A program made the position numbers and the translations under genes. Below the pieces are notes generated by a model. The model was given only the letters and a program-made list of their open reading frames with translations. It was not told the origin of the DNA and did not search any database. A DNA stretch of 64,000 bases from an uncultured Gammaproteobacteria bacterium (lineage in GTDB: Bacteria; Patescibacteriota; Patescibacteriia; VMEV01; CAYQCH01), in assembly GCA_964352335.1 (NCBI GenBank), contig CAYGRO010000002.1:13138-77137 (forward strand), given 5' to 3'. This document shows positions 49,429 through 59,055 of the stretch, piece after piece (within the stretch, counting starts at the first letter, position 1; each line of letters begins with the position of its first letter).

Positions 49429-49836
49429 CTACAAGATAATCAAATCTTGATATTTCTCATCATTTTCTTCTGTGATTTCGACTAACTTTAGCTCTATATC
49501 CGATTTTAAATCAGATGGTAAGACATAATAGATTGTATCTGTAGGCCCTACTCGCATTCCATAATCTAAATTTGTTTCGAAGTCTTGGTTTATAAAAAGG
49601 TTCAACCCATCCTTAATAAAACCAATCTTAAATGCAATTGCGCTTTCTTGGGAAGTCGCTCTAAATACGGCAATTTTTTTCCAAGACTGAATAACTTTTT
49701 CATTGGCATCTGCATTTTCAACCGTATCTGGTAATGTGAATGGTTGAGCTTCTGGATCCCCCTTAACTTCGATCATTTTTACTTCATGCCATGCAGACCA
49801 GTCTTGTAGATTATTTTCCAATTTATAGTTGATCAT
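49429..49836 (-). CDS. hypothetical protein
   Basis: 135-aa ORF starting 3 nt after the PPIase stop. Confidence 0.6.
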   Translation of the reverse strand: MINYKLENNLQDWSAWHEVKMIEVKGDPEAQPFTLPDTVENADANEKVIQSWKKIAVFRATSQESAIAFKIGFIKDGLNLFINQDFETNLDYGMRVGPTDTIYYVLPSDLKSDIELKLVEITEENDEKYQDLIIL

Positions 49837-49839
49837 AGT

Positions 49840-50553
49840 TTAGCTTAAAATCTCAATATCCAAGATTTCTACATCTACAACTGGGTGATCGGCTGCTCCT
49901 GTTTCTACAGATTCAATTTTATCTACAATATCCATTCCATCTACCACTTCTCCAAAAACAGCATGCTTACCGTCTAAATGAGGTGTCGCACCTACTGTGA
50001 TAATAAAGAATTGGCTTCCATTGGTATTTGGACCCGCATTGGCCATAGAAAGCATTCCACGGACATTTTTGTGTAAATTAAATTCATCAGCAAATTTATA
50101 CCCAGGACCACCAGTTCCATGTACAGCTCGAGTATCTCGTTGTTCTCGAGTTAAAGGATCTCCACCTTGAATCATAAAATCAGAAATAACTCGGTGGAAA
50201 ACGGTTCCATCGTAAAAATCTTGTTTTGCAAGCGTTAAGAAATTGTTAACAGTATTAGGAGTTGCTTCTTCAAATAATTGAATAGTAATATCTCCCATTG
50301 TTGTTTTCATGATAACTTTTGGACCAACTTTGCTATCTGAATTTGTTTGTGTAGCTTCTGCTGGTAAATCTGTTGGAGGTGTCACTGTAATTTTTTGTCC
50401 GACTTTGTCTGATTGTGGTGTGTCATTCATATAATAATCTAGGTTAGTTGTATCGTTTGAATTATGAAAAGTAAATTCTTCTGGCTGATTACAGCTGCTC
50501 CCTAATAAAACGAGAGAACAACAAATACCTGCTAAGGCAAGTTTATTATTCAT
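49840..50553 (-). CDS. cyclophilin-type peptidyl-prolyl isomerase lipoprotein
   Basis: Lipobox LGSSC; [41 protein letters not shown]. Confidence 0.96.
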   Translation of the reverse strand: MNNKLALAGICCSLVLLGSSCNQPEEFTFHNSNDTTNLDYYMNDTPQSDKVGQKITVTPPTDLPAEATQTNSDSKVGPKVIMKTTMGDITIQLFEEATPNTVNNFLTLAKQDFYDGTVFHRVISDFMIQGGDPLTREQRDTRAVHGTGGPGYKFADEFNLHKNVRGMLSMANAGPNTNGSQFFIITVGATPHLDGKHAVFGEVVDGMDIVDKIESVETGAADHPVVDVEILDIEILS

Positions 50554-50562
50554 AGTAGTTTT

Positions 50563-50654
50563 CTTGTCATTTCGACCGAAGCCCCTTTAGGGCGTAGTGG
50601 AGAAATCTACTAACTCTTGTTGGAAGATTTCTCGGCTTCGCTCGAAATGACAGG
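50563..50654. repeat. REP-like palindromic element (GTCAT...ATGAC ends)
   Basis: TGTCATTTCGA...TCGAAATGACA terminal inverted repeat; internal GAGAAATCT/AGATTTCTC and GCCC-TTTA-GGGC stems. Confidence 0.85.
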
Positions 50655-50663
50655 TTAATTTGG

Positions 50664-52286
50664 TTAATGTTTATCTTTTATCATGCCTTTCTTTCTCAAG
50701 AGGCGATGATAGGTAATTGCAAAACGATGAGCCTCATTACGGATTTGCATCAATAATTTGAGCCCAGGTTCTTTATGAGACAATTTTAAGGTCTCAAGTT
50801 CTTCTACACGATAAATCTCTTCTTCTTTCTTGGCAAGTCCTATAACTGGAACCTTTAATTTTAAGGCTTTTAAAACCTCCCATGCCGCATTTAATTGTCC
50901 CCTACCTCCATCTATTACAATGAGATCGGGCAAAGGTTTCTTTTCTTCGATTAACCGTTTATAGCGTCTTCCAACAACTTCCGCCATCGAAGCAAAATCG
51001 TCTTGTTGGAGAACCGTTTTAATCTTGAACTTTCGATAATTCGATTTATCTGGTACCCCACCTCGAAATTGCACCATGGAAGCAACATTATATTGACCTT
51101 GAATAGTGGAAATATCAAAACATTCGATGACATTTGGTACCCCTGGTAAATTTAAATGCGCTTGTAAACTGAGTAATGATTTATCTTCTTGCTCGGTTGC
51201 AAAAAGAATATTTCTATAAACAAGGTCGAGCAATTTCTTTTTATCACCAATACGCGGAACTTTTAGCTGAACAACTTTTCCTTTTAGTTTAGTTAAATAG
51301 GCTTCTAATAATTTTTTATCCGGCAAATCTGTTGGGATAAGCAAAGAATCTGGAACCGTATTTGTTTGATAATACTGTTGAATAAAATCAGAAATAATCA
51401 CAAGATCATGATCTATTGTGCCATCTGGTTTAATAATATCTCTTTCGAAAGTGAATTCTTGTTTACCAGAAACACGTCCTTTATCTACTTTAAACATTTG
51501 TAAATACAGCGTCTCACCCACACCAATCCAATGCATAATATCTTCGTCATATGATCTATACATGGTCATTTTTTGTCTTGCTTGGAATTTTCGTAAAGAA
51601 GCTATTTGATCTCGCCTTACTTTTGCTTGTTCATATAATTGCTTTTCAGAAAATGATTGCATCTCTTGCGACAATTGCTTGATAACTAATTTATTTCTTC
51701 CCTGAAGAACTTGTTTTGCTGCTTTCATATTCGCGCCATATTCCGTTTTTGTCGTTTTCTTAATACAAGGAGCTTCGCAATTGCCAATATAAAATTGTAA
51801 ACAAGCTTCTTTTGGTAATTTTGCTCCACAGGTTCGAATTTTGAAGATTGAACGCAATAATCTAGCAGAATTTTCTCTCGCCGTTCCATCTGTATACGGG
51901 CCAAAATACAAAGCTCCATCTTTTTGACGTTTACGGACTGTTAGTAAGCGTGGAAAGTCTTCATTTGTGATTTTCAAGTAAGCATAACGAACACCGTCTT
52001 TAAGTGCGATATTATACCGTGGTTGATGTTGCCGAATAAGGCGCGCCTCTAAGATCAAGGCTTCGATTTCGGTATCTGTTAAAAAGATTTCGATTTGGTC
52101 AATTTCACGGACAAGCCACATTGTTTTCCCTTCCTGTTTTTTCGAAAAATAGGAAGAAACACGCTTTTTAAGCGCTTTGGCTTTACCAATATAAATGATC
52201 ACACCCTGTTTATTTTTATAGATATAAACACCAGGCTTAAGTGGAAGATCATTGATTGTTTTTTTGAGTTTTTCGTTGGCTGGCAT
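50664..52286 (-). CDS. uvrC: excinuclease ABC subunit C (no C-terminal HhH domain)
   Basis: GIY-YIG (PGVY..IYIGKA), Cys-rich region, ECFDIS, VIDGGRGQL, RNEAHRFAITYHR. Confidence 0.95.
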   Translation of the reverse strand: MPANEKLKKTINDLPLKPGVYIYKNKQGVIIYIGKAKALKKRVSSYFSKKQEGKTMWLVREIDQIEIFLTDTEIEALILEARLIRQHQPRYNIALKDGVRYAYLKITNEDFPRLLTVRKRQKDGALYFGPYTDGTARENSARLLRSIFKIRTCGAKLPKEACLQFYIGNCEAPCIKKTTKTEYGANMKAAKQVLQGRNKLVIKQLSQEMQSFSEKQLYEQAKVRRDQIASLRKFQARQKMTMYRSYDEDIMHWIGVGETLYLQMFKVDKGRVSGKQEFTFERDIIKPDGTIDHDLVIISDFIQQYYQTNTVPDSLLIPTDLPDKKLLEAYLTKLKGKVVQLKVPRIGDKKKLLDLVYRNILFATEQEDKSLLSLQAHLNLPGVPNVIECFDISTIQGQYNVASMVQFRGGVPDKSNYRKFKIKTVLQQDDFASMAEVVGRRYKRLIEEKKPLPDLIVIDGGRGQLNAAWEVLKALKLKVPVIGLAKKEEEIYRVEELETLKLSHKEPGLKLLMQIRNEAHRFAITYHRLLRKKGMIKDKH

Positions 52287-52296
52287 GTTGATTCTA

Positions 52297-55125
52297 TTAT
52301 TTCAACATTGGTTGTAAGAATTGACCGGTATAACTTTTTTTATTGGCAGCAATATCTTCTGGAGTACCTGTTGCAATAATTTTTCCTCCTCCATCACCAC
52401 CTTCTGGACCAAGGTCGATAATATGATCCGCTGTTTTAATAACATCCAGATTATGTTCAATCACAACAATAGTATTACCACGATCAACAAGTCTATTTAA
52501 GACTTCTAATAATTTCTCGATATCAGAAAAATGTAAACCAGTTGTTGGTTCATCTAAAATATACAATGTTTTCCCTGTATCTCTTTTCGATAATTCTGAT
52601 GTTAATTTAATCCGTTGTGCCTCACCACCAGAAAGTGTGGTAGAACTTTGACCTAACTTGATATATCCAAGCCCAACATCATTTAAGGTTGCCATTTTCT
52701 TTTGAATTTTTGGGATGCGCTCAAAAAAGACTAAAGCTTCTTCAACCGACATATCTAAAACATCAGCAATTGTTTTTCCTCGGTATTTTACTTCTAATGT
52801 TTCTCGATTATACCGTTTCCCTTTACATGTTTCGCATTCTACAAAAACATCAGGTAAAAAATGCATTTCGATTCGCAACACTCCATCTCCGTCACAAGTA
52901 TCACATCTCCCACCAGCTACATTGAAGCTAAACCTCCCTGCTTTATAACCACGTTCTTTGGCTTCTTTGCTTTGTGCAAATAAATCGCGTACATCGCCGA
53001 ACACTTTAATATAAGTTGCAGGATTCGATCTTGGAGTTCTTCCAATTGGACTTTGGTCAATATTAATCACTTTATCGAATTGTTCAAACCCTTTTAAGGC
53101 TTTAAATTTACCAGTGACTTTATGCGAACGATGTAATTTATTGGCTAAACCTTTATAGAGAATTTCATTTACAAGTGTACTTTTCCCACTTCCTGACACT
53201 CCTGTTACACAAGTTAAAATACCTACAGGAAAAGAGGCCGAAACTTTTTTGAGATTATTTTGCTCCGCTTCTTGCACTTCTAAAACATCTTTATACTCTC
53301 GTCGTTTAGCTGGTATAGCAATTTTCTTTTTTCCAGAGAGATATTGTCCTGTTTTTGATTTAGGATCACGTTTTACTTGCGCAGGAGTTCCTTGAGAAAT
53401 AATTCTTCCACCATGAATACCAGCTCCAGGGCCAATATCGATTAAATGATCCGCCGCATTCATGGTATCTTCGTCATGTTCAACCACAATTAATGTATTT
53501 CCGATATCTCGAAGACGATGAAGGGTTGAAATCAAGCGTTGATTATCTCTTTGATGTAGACCAATCGAAGGTTCATCGAGAATATACATAACCCCACGTA
53601 ATTCTGATCCAATTTGAGTAGCCAAACGAATTCGTTGCGCTTCTCCACCAGAAAGAGTTCCGGCTGAACGTGAAAGAGTTAAGTAACTTAAACCAACATC
53701 GTTCAAAAACTTTAATCGATCATGCACTTCTTTAACCACCATTTTGGCAATTTGTTTTTCTGTCGCATTTAATTTAAGTTTTTTGATTTTGTCTAAAGCT
53801 TTTTCTACAGATAGATCCGTAAACTCAATAATATTCATTTTATCGATAGTCACAGCCAGAACAACCGCTTTTAATCGATGCCCATCACATTCTGGACAGG
53901 GCTTTTCTGTCATGAATTTCATGATACGTTCGCGTCGATCTTCTGAATCTGTTTCTTGTAAATATCTTTGTAATTGCGGAATCACACCTTCCCATTCACC
54001 AAAATGACGGAACATGGACCCTTTTTTCGATTCAAAAACAACTTCAATCTCTTCCCCATTTCCATGCATGACCATTTTCACAATCTCTTTAGGCAAGTCT
54101 TCAATCGCACTTCGAAGATTGAATTTATAATAATCAGCCAAGGCTTCCATATACGTCATTCGCCAGGTATTTGGCCCTTTCCATGGTGCAATTGCTCCAA
54201 TATCAGCAAATGAAAGTGATTTATCTGGAATAATTAATTCTTCATCAAATTCTTGAGCCACCCCAAGCCCATGACAAGTATCACAAGCACCAAAAGGCGA
54301 ATTAAAAGAAAATAAACGTGGTTCTAATTGTTCCACATTTACATGATCATCGGGACAAGAGAGATGTTGAGAAAAGACTTCTTGCTGTTCATCGTCACCA
54401 AATAAAACCATCACAAGACCTTCTGCTGTATCTAAGGCTGTTTCAACTGAGTCATTAATTCTTGTTCTAGTATCTTTATCTGTATCAACTTTAATACGGT
54501 CAACAATAACTTCGATAAAATGTTTTTTCTTTTTATCTAATTTAATTTCTTCCGAGATATCATAAATTTTTCCATTTACACGAATACGAGCAAAACCATC
54601 TTTTTCTAATCGTTTAAACAATTCAACATAGGTTCCCTTTTTTCCTCGAATAATAGGAGCTAGAATTTGGATTTTGGTTCCGTTTTTTTGTTTCAAAATA
54701 GTATCCGTAATATCTTGTGCAGATTGAGAGACAATTTCTTTGGAACAAACCGGACAATGTGGTTTACCAATACGCGCATAAAGCAAACGTAAATAGTCGT
54801 AAATTTCGGTAATCGTACCAACCGTTGACCGTGGATTCTTTGAAACCGATTTTTGTTCAATAGAAATAGCCGGGCTTAACCCCCGAATAGCATCTACATC
54901 TGGCTTATTCATTAAACCTAAAAATTGCCGAGCATAGGCAGAAAGACTTTCTACATAGCGTCTTTGACCTTCGGCATAAATGGTATCAAAAGCCAAAGAA
55001 GACTTACCTGATCCAGATAAGCCCGTAATAACGTTTAATTTCCCCAAAGGGATTTTCACGTTAATATTCTTCAAATTATGTTCCCTTGCCCCTTGAATTG
55101 TGAGGTATTCTTGTTGTTTAGGCAT
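52297..55125 (-). CDS. uvrA: excinuclease ABC subunit A
   Basis: GAREHNLKN, GLSGSGKSSLAFDTIYAEGQRRYVESLS, two LSGGEAQRI motifs. Confidence 0.99.
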   Translation of the reverse strand: MPKQQEYLTIQGAREHNLKNINVKIPLGKLNVITGLSGSGKSSLAFDTIYAEGQRRYVESLSAYARQFLGLMNKPDVDAIRGLSPAISIEQKSVSKNPRSTVGTITEIYDYLRLLYARIGKPHCPVCSKEIVSQSAQDITDTILKQKNGTKIQILAPIIRGKKGTYVELFKRLEKDGFARIRVNGKIYDISEEIKLDKKKKHFIEVIVDRIKVDTDKDTRTRINDSVETALDTAEGLVMVLFGDDEQQEVFSQHLSCPDDHVNVEQLEPRLFSFNSPFGACDTCHGLGVAQEFDEELIIPDKSLSFADIGAIAPWKGPNTWRMTYMEALADYYKFNLRSAIEDLPKEIVKMVMHGNGEEIEVVFESKKGSMFRHFGEWEGVIPQLQRYLQETDSEDRRERIMKFMTEKPCPECDGHRLKAVVLAVTIDKMNIIEFTDLSVEKALDKIKKLKLNATEKQIAKMVVKEVHDRLKFLNDVGLSYLTLSRSAGTLSGGEAQRIRLATQIGSELRGVMYILDEPSIGLHQRDNQRLISTLHRLRDIGNTLIVVEHDEDTMNAADHLIDIGPGAGIHGGRIISQGTPAQVKRDPKSKTGQYLSGKKKIAIPAKRREYKDVLEVQEAEQNNLKKVSASFPVGILTCVTGVSGSGKSTLVNEILYKGLANKLHRSHKVTGKFKALKGFEQFDKVINIDQSPIGRTPRSNPATYIKVFGDVRDLFAQSKEAKERGYKAGRFSFNVAGGRCDTCDGDGVLRIEMHFLPDVFVECETCKGKRYNRETLEVKYRGKTIADVLDMSVEEALVFFERIPKIQKKMATLNDVGLGYIKLGQSSTTLSGGEAQRIKLTSELSKRDTGKTLYILDEPTTGLHFSDIEKLLEVLNRLVDRGNTIVVIEHNLDVIKTADHIIDLGPEGGDGGGKIIATGTPEDIAANKKSYTGQFLQPMLK

Positions 55126-55134
55126 TTTTATTCC

Positions 55135-55165
55135 CTGTCATCCTTCCCTTTTGGGAGGAATCTCA
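55135..55165. repeat. degenerate half copy of the GTCAT REP-like element
   Basis: CTGTCATCCTTCCCTTTTGGGAGGAATCTC parallels TTGTCATTCCTGCGCAGGCAGGAATCTC at 60482. Confidence 0.5.
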
Positions 55166-55412
55166 TGATTTACTTGATTAACTGAGGACGGTTAATGGTA
55201 TGATTATAGTAGAATTTTGGGGGTTTGGGTAGTGTTGTGAAGACCATCTTTTTGTTACGATTTTATGAGCATTTTCACAGATAGCTATTACATTGTATGC
55301 TGTATCATTAAACGGTTAGAATGTTTATACCGAAATTTAACAAGATACACAAAATAATTCACAGTAAAAATTATATCTCTACTCATCTTAAAACAAGTAG
55401 TAAAACTGCCTT

Positions 55413-55880
55413 ATGAAATATTCCAGATTTATAATAAGCAATTTTAAAGGTATTGATGAAATCACAATCGATTTTTCGAACAATCGAGTAATAACACTAG
55501 TTGGCCTCAATGAGAGTGGGAAAACAACCATAATGGAGGCTATCCACTTGTTTTATAAAATGCTTAAGGGCGACGAACCAAGTGAAAGTGAACTAAAAAC
55601 ATTGCGTCCGAAGGGGGCAGGCTTCACTGGTAACATCAAAATAACAGGCGAATTGGTTTTAGAAGAAATTGATAAGAAAAAAATCAATAAATATTGGAAA
55701 CATGATCTTAACTTATCTGGTTGGTGGATCTTAGTCCCATTTGTAAACTCTCTTTTATGGCTCGGGGGGTTCTTTTTAAGAGGTATCTCAGGCGAAAATA
55801 AGTATGGCCAACCACCAACAAATGATACATCACTCACTGAAGCATTATTTGCGCCACAACCATTACCTCAAACGAAATAA
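55413..55880 (+). pseudogene. chimeric remnant: ABC/AAA (OLD/RecF-like) ATPase N-terminus fused to a DUF805-like C-terminus
   Basis: ISNFKGI..LVGLNESGKTTIMEAI Walker A without Walker B; from about 55701 HDLNLSGWWILVPFVN..GENKYG, a DUF805-type tail. Confidence 0.75.
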
Positions 55881-55885
55881 CTAGC

Positions 55886-57841
55886 TTATAGTATCTCATC
55901 ATCATTCATCCCATGCCTCCCCTTCACCTCACTAATCTCATCCCGCAATTCAATCGCTCGTTCAAAATCCATATTTTCCGCAGAAATTTTCATCGCTGCT
56001 TCTAATTCAGCTAAAAGATCTGGAACATTATCGATATCTTTATAAAGTTTTTTCACATCTTCATCCAAAGACAATCGTTCTCGAATTTTTTTACTAATAC
56101 CAACAGGTTCAATATTATGCTTGGTATTATAATCTTCTTGAATTTTTCGACGACGATTCGTTTCTGAAATCGCTTTTTTCATTGAATCGGTCGTTTTTGA
56201 CGCATACATAATCACACGACCATTCACATTACGCGCGGCACGACCAATTGTTTGGATTAAACTTCTTTCATTACGTAAAAACCCTTCTTTATCAGCATCC
56301 AAAATTGCGACGAGTTCCACCTCTGGGATGTCTAATCCCTCTCTAAGTAAATTGATACCAACTAGACAATCAAAACGTTTCATACGCAAATCTCGTAAGA
56401 TTTCTGTACGTTCAATTGTATCGATTTCACTATGAAGATACCGAACTCGAATACCATTTTTTGCTAAATGATCAGAGAGATCTTCGGCCATTCGTTTGGT
56501 TAAAGTTGTTACCAAAACACGATTATCTCTTGATAAAGTATCTTTAATTTCTTTTACCAAGTCCTCGATTTGCCCATCTTGTTCTCGAACCTCAATTGGA
56601 GGGTCTAATAAACCTGTTGGACGAATAATTTGTTCAACAACTAATGGGGTTCTTTGTAATTCAAAAATCGTTGGAGTCGCACTCACAAAAACAGTATTCT
56701 TCATATATTTTTCAAACTCTTCAAACTTTAACGGACGATTATCTAATGCACTTGGTAATCGAAAACCATATTCGACAAGGTTTTCCTTTCGTGAACGATC
56801 ACCTTTATACATTCCACCAACTTGAGGGATTGTCACATGTGACTCATCGATAAATAAAAGAAAATCATCGGGGAAGAAATCTAATAATGTCTTAGGAGCT
56901 TCACCTGGTTTACGTCTATCAAAATGACGAGAATAATTTTCGATTCCCTTACAAGACCCAAATTCTTTAATCAATTCTAAATCGTATAAAGTTCTTTGCT
57001 TTAAACGATGTGCTTCTAATTGAGGAAGTGTTTTAAGCCTTTCATCTAATTCCGCTTTAATATCTTTAATCGCCGGTTTCATATCATCGGGATTTACCCA
57101 ATATGGATTACGCGGAAAAACCGTTAATTCGTCGAGAGCAATAATTTCTTTTTGAGTTGTTAAATGTCGTTCAGAAATTTTTTCAATTTCATCTCCAAAT
57201 AATTCAATTCTATAAATCGAACCACCAAACCCTTGAATCAAATCTATCGTATCCCCTTTTCCTCTAAAGGTCCCAGTTTTTAATTCTATATCATTTCGTT
57301 CAAAACCAATACGAACCAATTGTGCAAATAATGCTTTGCGAGAAATCTTTTGTCCTTTTTTAAGTTCAAAACTCGCTTCTTTAAATGTTTCTGGTCTACC
57401 AAAACCGTAAATACAAGAAACAGAAGAAACAATAATAACATCTTTTCTACTAATCAAATCAGCTGCCGAAGCTAAACGAAATTCTTCAATTTTTTCATTC
57501 ACCAAAGTTGATTTTTCAATAAATGTATCACTCGCCGGCATATAACTTTCCGGTTGGTAATAGTCGTAATAAGAAATAAAATAATTCACTCTATTATTTG
57601 GAAAAAACTCTTTCATTTCTGAATACAATTGAGCCGCCAATGTTTTATTATGAGACAAAATTAACGCAGGTCTCCCTGTTTGAGCAATCACATTTGCCAT
57701 GGTAAACGTCTTCCCACTCCCCGTAACACCGAGTAAAGTTTGATATTGCTTTTTCTTTTTCAACCCAGCAACAAGCTTCTCAATTGCTTGAGGTTGGTCT
57801 CCTTTCGGTTCGTATTCAGATTGCAGATCAAATAGAGGCAT
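55886..57841 (-). CDS. uvrB: excinuclease ABC subunit B
   Basis: GDQPQAI, LLGVTGSGKTFT, YYDYYQPE, DESH, INLLREGLD, QTIGRAARN. Confidence 0.99.
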   Translation of the reverse strand: MPLFDLQSEYEPKGDQPQAIEKLVAGLKKKKQYQTLLGVTGSGKTFTMANVIAQTGRPALILSHNKTLAAQLYSEMKEFFPNNRVNYFISYYDYYQPESYMPASDTFIEKSTLVNEKIEEFRLASAADLISRKDVIIVSSVSCIYGFGRPETFKEASFELKKGQKISRKALFAQLVRIGFERNDIELKTGTFRGKGDTIDLIQGFGGSIYRIELFGDEIEKISERHLTTQKEIIALDELTVFPRNPYWVNPDDMKPAIKDIKAELDERLKTLPQLEAHRLKQRTLYDLELIKEFGSCKGIENYSRHFDRRKPGEAPKTLLDFFPDDFLLFIDESHVTIPQVGGMYKGDRSRKENLVEYGFRLPSALDNRPLKFEEFEKYMKNTVFVSATPTIFELQRTPLVVEQIIRPTGLLDPPIEVREQDGQIEDLVKEIKDTLSRDNRVLVTTLTKRMAEDLSDHLAKNGIRVRYLHSEIDTIERTEILRDLRMKRFDCLVGINLLREGLDIPEVELVAILDADKEGFLRNERSLIQTIGRAARNVNGRVIMYASKTTDSMKKAISETNRRRKIQEDYNTKHNIEPVGISKKIRERLSLDEDVKKLYKDIDNVPDLLAELEAAMKISAENMDFERAIELRDEISEVKGRHGMNDDEIL

Positions 57842-57850
57842 AAGTACTTA

Positions 57851-57879
57851 TTTATAGCAGGAAAATGTGGATCACTCAA
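57851..57879 (-). promoter_or_regulatory. sigma70 promoter of uvrB
   Basis: Minus strand TTGAGT-17bp-TATAAA with TG extended -10, ending 9 nt before the ATG. Confidence 0.65.
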
Positions 57880-57967
57880 GCCGTCGGGACGGCGTATTTT
57901 TTAGTGGATAGATCTGATTCAAAACCAGAGCGTATGTTTGTTAAACTTAGTTTATACCTAGTACTTT

Positions 57968-58447
57968 ACCACCCCAGTTTGGCGAAGCCAAACTACCCCT
58001 CCTAATCTAGCCCTCGGCCATGAGCTCGGGCCGAATGGGAGGGGTATGTATGTTTATATGTATTTACATAATGATTCGTCTTCAAAACTGTTAAGAAAAA
58101 CAACAAGAAACAATGCTACAAATAGTGAACGACTATTATGGTCAAAACTTCGGCGAAAACAGTTAGGTGGTTTTAAATTTAGAAGAAATCATCAAATCCT
58201 GAGATATTATGTTGATTTCTATTGTCCATCAGCTCGCTTAGCAATTGAAGTAGATGGAAAGATTCATGAGAATCCACAAAACAAATTATATGATCAAATA
58301 AGAGATAAAGAAATTAGGACGTTAAACATCAATATTCTTCGTTTTAGCAACGATGATATTACACAAAACACACAACAAGTACTTGAAATAATCCTAAAGA
58401 ATCTCACTACTTCCCCCTACTAAGTTAGGAGGGGGCTAGGGGGTGGT
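57968..58447. mobile_element. DUF559 nuclease cassette bounded by inverted GC-rich palindromic ends
   Basis: Left ACCACCCC..CCCCTCCT-AATCT-AG[28 nt]GAGGGG; right CCCCCTACT-AAGTT-AGGAGGGGG..GGGGTGGT. Confidence 0.65.
58058..58423 (+). CDS. DUF559 / Vsr-like endonuclease
   Basis: TNSERLLWSKLRRKQLGGFKFRR, YYVDFYC, LAIEVDGKIH, DQIRD, ILRFSN. Confidence 0.92.
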   Translation: MYLHNDSSSKLLRKTTRNNATNSERLLWSKLRRKQLGGFKFRRNHQILRYYVDFYCPSARLAIEVDGKIHENPQNKLYDQIRDKEIRTLNINILRFSNDDITQNTQQVLEIILKNLTTSPY

Positions 58448-58448
58448 A

Positions 58449-59054
58449 CTACTCCCACTCCTCATAAAACCGCTCCAAAAACCCTTCCATATAATCATGC
58501 CTTTCCTTTGCCATTTGTTTACCAGTCTCCGTATTCATCAAATCTTTCAACTTAAGTAATTTGTCATAAAAATGTTGAATAGAATGTTTCCCTTCTTTAT
58601 CATTTGGATCATAAATCGGTCTTCCCATTTTCGCCCCTGTTGCAAAACATCGCGCAATACCAATCGCACCTATGGCTTCCAGCCTATCTGCATCTTGAAC
58701 AATTTTACCTTCTTTAGATTTCATTGGTCCTGCATTTTTTGAATAAGAAATGGTTGAAACAATTTCAACAACTTCATGAATCAATTCAGGTTCTAGATTC
58801 AATGACCCTAACCATTCTCTTGTCATTTTTGGCCCAATAGAGTAATCCCCTCCATGGTTTTTATGATCAGCAATATCATGAAGCAAGGCAGCCAGTTCTA
58901 CCACAAAAAGATTTACATCAATTTCGTTTTCTGCAATTTGCATTGCATTTTTTCTAACAAGATGAATATGATACCAATCATGCCCCGAGCTTTCGCCAGC
59001 AAGTGTGTCTTGAACAAATTGTTCTGTTTTACTTATAACTTCGGTTGGAGACAT
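58449..59054 (-). CDS. HD-domain phosphohydrolase
   Basis: SGHDWYH, AALLHDIAD, VQDADRLEAIGAIGIAR, HFYDKLL. Confidence 0.93.
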   Translation of the reverse strand: MSPTEVISKTEQFVQDTLAGESSGHDWYHIHLVRKNAMQIAENEIDVNLFVVELAALLHDIADHKNHGGDYSIGPKMTREWLGSLNLEPELIHEVVEIVSTISYSKNAGPMKSKEGKIVQDADRLEAIGAIGIARCFATGAKMGRPIYDPNDKEGKHSIQHFYDKLLKLKDLMNTETGKQMAKERHDYMEGFLERFYEEWE

Positions 59055-59055
59055 A

